DNA of 64,000 nt from Thermoproteota archaeon. GTDB lineage: Archaea > Thermoproteota > Thermoprotei > Gearchaeales > Gearchaeaceae. The stretch is taken from the NCBI GenBank assembly GCA_032249235.1, contig JAVVGF010000005.1:1-64000 (forward strand). The letters are read 5' to 3'. The position numbers were made by a program, and so were the translations under genes. Shown one piece after another: positions 60,515-64,000 of the stretch; position 1 is the first letter of the stretch; each line of letters starts with the position of its first letter. Under the pieces are notes generated by a model. The model made no database searches and was not told where the DNA came from. It saw nothing but the letters and a program-made list of their open reading frames with translations.

Positions 60515-60943
60515 TTAGCCAGTCTGTTTTATAATAATTATATTATAGCCAAGAAATGTTATTACTAAGTTATTTATGTTATTACTGATAATAGTTTTAT
60601 TATAGAAAGTCAACTTATATACTATATAATTATCTCCAATTGAAGAGATAATTTTATTTTGGTCAAATAGCTGTATTTTTATATTTTTACTATATTTTAT
60701 TGTACTATTTTCAATTATGATCCATGAACCCATAGGTAAATATATCTTTAAAGTTATCGAGCTGAGAGGATGTCCATAGACAATTTGGATTGCATTATTT
60801 AAATCGTTCAATGCTCTGATAAGAGCTTCATCTTCGAAGAAGAATTTGTTCTCATATATTATTGGTAGACTAGAAATAAAAGAAACTGAAAGGATTACAA
60901 ACAAAGATAATACTACAAGTAGATCTGCGGTGTTGCTAGCCAT
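60515..60943 (-). CDS. Pilin-like protein (N-terminal hydrophobic helix)
   Basis: MASNTADLLVVLSLFVIL...; TAATG-coupled to the upstream ORF; LPxG motif. Confidence 0.55.
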   Translation of the reverse strand: MASNTADLLVVLSLFVILSVSFISSLPIIYENKFFFEDEALIRALNDLNNAIQIVYGHPLSSITLKIYLPMGSWIIIENSTIKYSKNIKIQLFDQNKIISSIGDNYIVYKLTFYNKTIISNNINNLVITFLGYNIIIIKQTG

Positions 60944-61641
60944 TATGCGAATAGCCAAAGATTTATTCCTGCATTATTCCTGACTAATATCAGTAATTTA
61001 TTCTTGTAATTCATATCCACTGTCAGTATTATTATATTGTTCTCTTTGCTTATTGAAAATTCTGCAGTTCTATTATAAGAGAAAACAAAGAAATTAAATT
61101 TATTATCTTGTAAAATTACATCTTTATTTATAAAATTAGTGTTATTTATATATATATAAATCCTGTAATACAAATTTATGCTTGCATTAATTTTAGTTAT
61201 TTCTGTTTTAATAATCAAGGCTGTCAGATTAGCTAATATATTTTCCCTATTTTGAACTAAAATAGAAAATCTTGAATAATTTCCTCTCAAACCGTTTGAA
61301 CTTATTTTTATATTTAAATTTAAAATCTCTTCAAGGTTTAGCTTAGGAGATATTTTCTTAGCTTTATTATATGAATCAAGTAAATAGCTATATGTTAAAC
61401 TTTCTGCATAGCTGATTGCTTGAAAAGTAGCATTTTTGTCTTCGAGCATTTTGTCTTTGTATTTGTTTATGGCACTTTGAGTTGCATATGCTAATGACTG
61501 CGAATAAAAGTAATATATTATTGCGTTTACATCTACGTTTTCTTCAATTTCAAATACTTGTAGTCTTGTAAATGAGAATGCTAATGATATAATTAATAGG
61601 CATATAACAAATGAGGAAAGTATTAAAGCCTGTCCCTTCAT
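60943..61641 (-). CDS. Pilin-like protein with class III signal peptide
   Basis: MKG/QALILSSFVICLLII; many N-x-S/T sequons. Confidence 0.7.
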   Translation of the reverse strand: MKGQALILSSFVICLLIISLAFSFTRLQVFEIEENVDVNAIIYYFYSQSLAYATQSAINKYKDKMLEDKNATFQAISYAESLTYSYLLDSYNKAKKISPKLNLEEILNLNIKISSNGLRGNYSRFSILVQNRENILANLTALIIKTEITKINASINLYYRIYIYINNTNFINKDVILQDNKFNFFVFSYNRTAEFSISKENNIIILTVDMNYKNKLLILVRNNAGINLWLFA

Positions 61642-61642
61642 T

Positions 61643-62053
61643 TTAACTCACAGCTAACACAAAAATTAACGTTTGATTACTAGCAATACCATCGCAACCA
61701 TTCAATATTACGAAGGAGGAATCTGAATCTCCTTCATTGAAATAACTCCTTTGATAGCTCCATAATAAATTCCATGAATCATCGTATATCGAAAACTTAA
61801 ATCCGTATTCAAGAGGTATGATTTCATTCAATGCATTTTGTATACTATAATAATCTCTATAATATGCTCTTTTTAGTATGTCTTTATATAACAAGAAGGA
61901 TAAGACTTTCGTAGCCAGATCTTTCTTTTCTTCTTTCCCTTTTACTATAGAGCTAGACAAGAAGTATGAATCGCTAATTACTAGTGCTAACGTAATAAGT
62001 AAGCATGCTAAAAGAGCTTCTATCATTCTTGCTTGAGCGTTATGGAAGACCAT
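61643..62053 (-). CDS. Pilin-like protein
   Basis: NA/QARMIEALLACLLI (AQ...E pattern) followed by a hydrophobic helix. Confidence 0.65.
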   Translation of the reverse strand: MVFHNAQARMIEALLACLLITLALVISDSYFLSSSIVKGKEEKKDLATKVLSFLLYKDILKRAYYRDYYSIQNALNEIIPLEYGFKFSIYDDSWNLLWSYQRSYFNEGDSDSSFVILNGCDGIASNQTLIFVLAVS

Positions 62054-62438
62054 AAACTATCACTTTTACAAGTATTAAAGAAGAATTCAGATAAGCTCCG
62101 ATTGCTTCACCTTTATCTATGAATTTAGGTATTGTGAAGTTTTTAGGATAGATTTCATGACGAATCAATTTTACTTGTGAATCATACATAAATTCCTTAA
62201 TTTCTATATTGATTTCAACATTTGAGTTTATTCCATAAAAACTTGGATTAGTAGGTGGATCATAAAATTTCTTATTAATTATTATAAAATTTTTTATCAA
62301 AGAAGCATACTCAGTTAATATGTCTTTAATAGATTGATCATATTTTGCAGAAATATGCAATGTAACACTGTATATTGCCCAACTCACTACCAATGAGAAA
62401 AGGATTATGGCAATTGTAGTTTCGATTGAACTTTCCAT
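62040..62438 (-). CDS. Pilin-like protein
   Basis: MESSIETTIAIILFSLVV, resembling a mature Q-x-S-I-E pilin N-terminus. Confidence 0.55.
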   Translation of the reverse strand: MESSIETTIAIILFSLVVSWAIYSVTLHISAKYDQSIKDILTEYASLIKNFIIINKKFYDPPTNPSFYGINSNVEINIEIKEFMYDSQVKLIRHEIYPKNFTIPKFIDKGEAIGAYLNSSLILVKVIVYGLP

Positions 62439-62440
62439 TT

Positions 62441-64000
62441 TTAATGGAAAAATCCCGTCAAATTCACAAAGTTGAGAGAAACGAAATATATCGCGGTAGC
62501 TATTAAAGAGTTTTTTACTCCATCTATGCTGTTTCCATCAGAATAACCTCCTAGAAAGCCCAATAAAATCGAATTGAGATATCCTGCACTATAAACTAAT
62601 TCTTTTAAAATATCGAAGGGTATTTGTAAATTCAACATGCCTAATGAATAAGCGATGCCGGCAGTTTCCGTTATTGCTTTAAATACAGATACGAGGTTTC
62701 CTATTACTGCTAAAGAAATTGCAAGAGCAATTCCTAATAAAGCTGTGATGAGAAAACTTGAATATCTAAAGAATCTCGTTTTCATCTTGAAGATCTTTCT
62801 TATGCTATCTAGTCTGTTTACAAAATCGGAAAATTCTTCAACTACAGAAGGATCCAATCCGACTTTATCGCATTCTTCTAATGTTATTAACACTTGCTTG
62901 AAGAAATATGGCAAGTCTTCTTGTTCAACGATTTCTTCTATTGAAATCCCTAATTTTCTCATAAAGCTAATCTTTTTTAAGAGTTCCCCTGCTTGTTCAT
63001 ATCTTTCCGCAATCTTATCAATTGCCTGATACAACCCGTTACCTTTCTTCACTTCTTCAGCAATATCTTTTATTATATTAGGCAACTCGTTCAGTAACTT
63101 CTCTTTTTCTTTAGCTTCTCCTCTGTTCATGATGTATAAGCCTGTCATCGACGCTGATAAGGATATGAACAAAGCTAAGCTGAGAGATATTATGTCCATT
63201 TTCATCAAAAAAACTGAGATCGGTATAGAGCAAAGAAACAAAAGACTTTTTGAATTCAATTTAACTCTTATTCTTAGGAATGGTAAAGCATAACTTTGTA
63301 TCATTATTAAAAACAAAAAGAAAAAGATGAGAGGCAAAATGAACAGCGAGAATACGATAAACGATAATGTATTAGCCTGTATGAAAATTAAAGTCATCAT
63401 TGCAGATATCGGAATAAGAATAAATACTATTAACTGAGCAGCTAAAATTATATTAAATCTGTCTATAAATTCTTCAATCTTTTTCTCAAATAATTTGAAA
63501 TTCTCTTTCATTTGTTCTTTAAGTAAGCTATAAATACTAGAGCCTAGGTTTATTGCAGAAATGGTTTGCAAAAGTTTCCTTAAAGATTCATTCTTGAGCA
63601 TTTTAGAGAATAAAGATATGGCTTCAATTGGGCCTATTGCGAGACAAATCCGAAGCTTTTCAATTTGCATGAAGACTTTCCTAAATCCCTTAAAGATCTT
63701 CAATTTACCCAATGAAGATAGTGCAAGATAAGGATGAATATTGCCTGCGCTAAACGCTGTTATTAGCATTGTAGCAACTGGGAGTTCTTTATTAATATCT
63801 GAATTATAAGAGTTATCTTTAATTGAAGGAAGCAATAGAAAGTATATTAATAAAATGAAAGGAATTATTAAAAAGAAAATCAGCAAAATAAGATTTAATA
63901 TACTATCTTTTAAATAATTAAAGAATAATGCAAATAGAGTTGTATTTATGAATAATGATAATATAGATGTTACCAATAATTCTAATACTAAATTATTATA
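62441..64000 (-). CDS. Type IV pilus/T2SS platform protein (TadC/FlaJ, two T2SSF domains), 5' end outside the window
   Basis: DINKELP...AFSAG and LLNELPNIIKDIAEEVKKG.GL..AI repeats between TM pairs; frame open to 64000. Confidence 0.85.
   Translation of the reverse strand, partial: YNNLVLELLVTSILSLFINTTLFALFFNYLKDSILNLILLIFFLIIPFILLIYFLLLPSIKDNSYNSDINKELPVATMLITAFSAGNIHPYLALSSLGKLKIFKGFRKVFMQIEKLRICLAIGPIEAISLFSKMLKNESLRKLLQTISAINLGSSIYSLLKEQMKENFKLFEKKIEEFIDRFNIILAAQLIVFILIPISAMMTLIFIQANTLSFIVFSLFILPLIFFFLFLIMIQSYALPFLRIRVKLNSKSLLFLCSIPISVFLMKMDIISLSLALFISLSASMTGLYIMNRGEAKEKEKLLNELPNIIKDIAEEVKKGNGLYQAIDKIAERYEQAGELLKKISFMRKLGISIEEIVEQEDLPYFFKQVLITLEECDKVGLDPSVVEEFSDFVNRLDSIRKIFKMKTRFFRYSSFLITALLGIALAISLAVIGNLVSVFKAITETAGIAYSLGMLNLQIPFDILKELVYSAGYLNSILLGFLGGYSDGNSIDGVKNSLIATAIYFVSLNFVNLTGFFH

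Noticed and set aside
1-64000. CRISPR arrays, IS elements, rRNA, inteins, Sec/Pyl read-through
   Set aside because: No regularly spaced repeats, transposase motifs, long GC-rich RNA blocks, oversized conserved proteins or in-frame stops within conserved domains were seen. Small C/D-box RNAs cannot be excluded by eye.

Overview
An AT-rich (roughly 30% GC by eye), very gene-dense segment of an archaeal chromosome, TACK/Thermoproteota type. Several features point to a deep-branching Nitrososphaeria (Thaumarchaeota)-related lineage, by inference: argF between ftsY and secE, no L18a/LX gene after aIF6, a tail-less uL10/P0 and a sufC-B-D-Rieske-sufU cluster. From left to right the window holds: the end of a surface-glycosylation cluster with a CPBP protease; a fused MNT-HEPN gene; glmS; a SUF cluster; thiL; a three-gene HerA-like ATPase unit behind the tetraether lipid synthase (Tes); TrmB regulators; aspS, pth2 and a geranylgeranyl reductase; Zn-finger/aEF1B/Cdc48/FEN1; a small island after tRNA-Lys (PaREP1, pyrimidine-dimer glycosylase); a full pst/phoU locus; an SpeH-family decarboxylase; mtnA; a splicing-endonuclease subunit; DGGGP synthase; hisS; the long rnp4-S19e...ftsY-secE-spt5-L11-L1-L10-L12-alaS-leuS cluster; aRF1-pyrH; and the end of a type IV pilus-like locus followed by a wHTH gene and a divergent TFB paralog. 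Nine tRNA genes were found, one with a 16-nt BHB intron and none encoding CCA. No rRNA, CRISPR array, transposase or integrase was seen. The best leads are the pilus locus with its TFB paralog, the Tes neighbourhood, a HEPN toxin with a collapsed active site, an apparent non-AUG start for Rpp21 and a two-TM SecE. All product calls come from motif recognition by eye, with no database searches.
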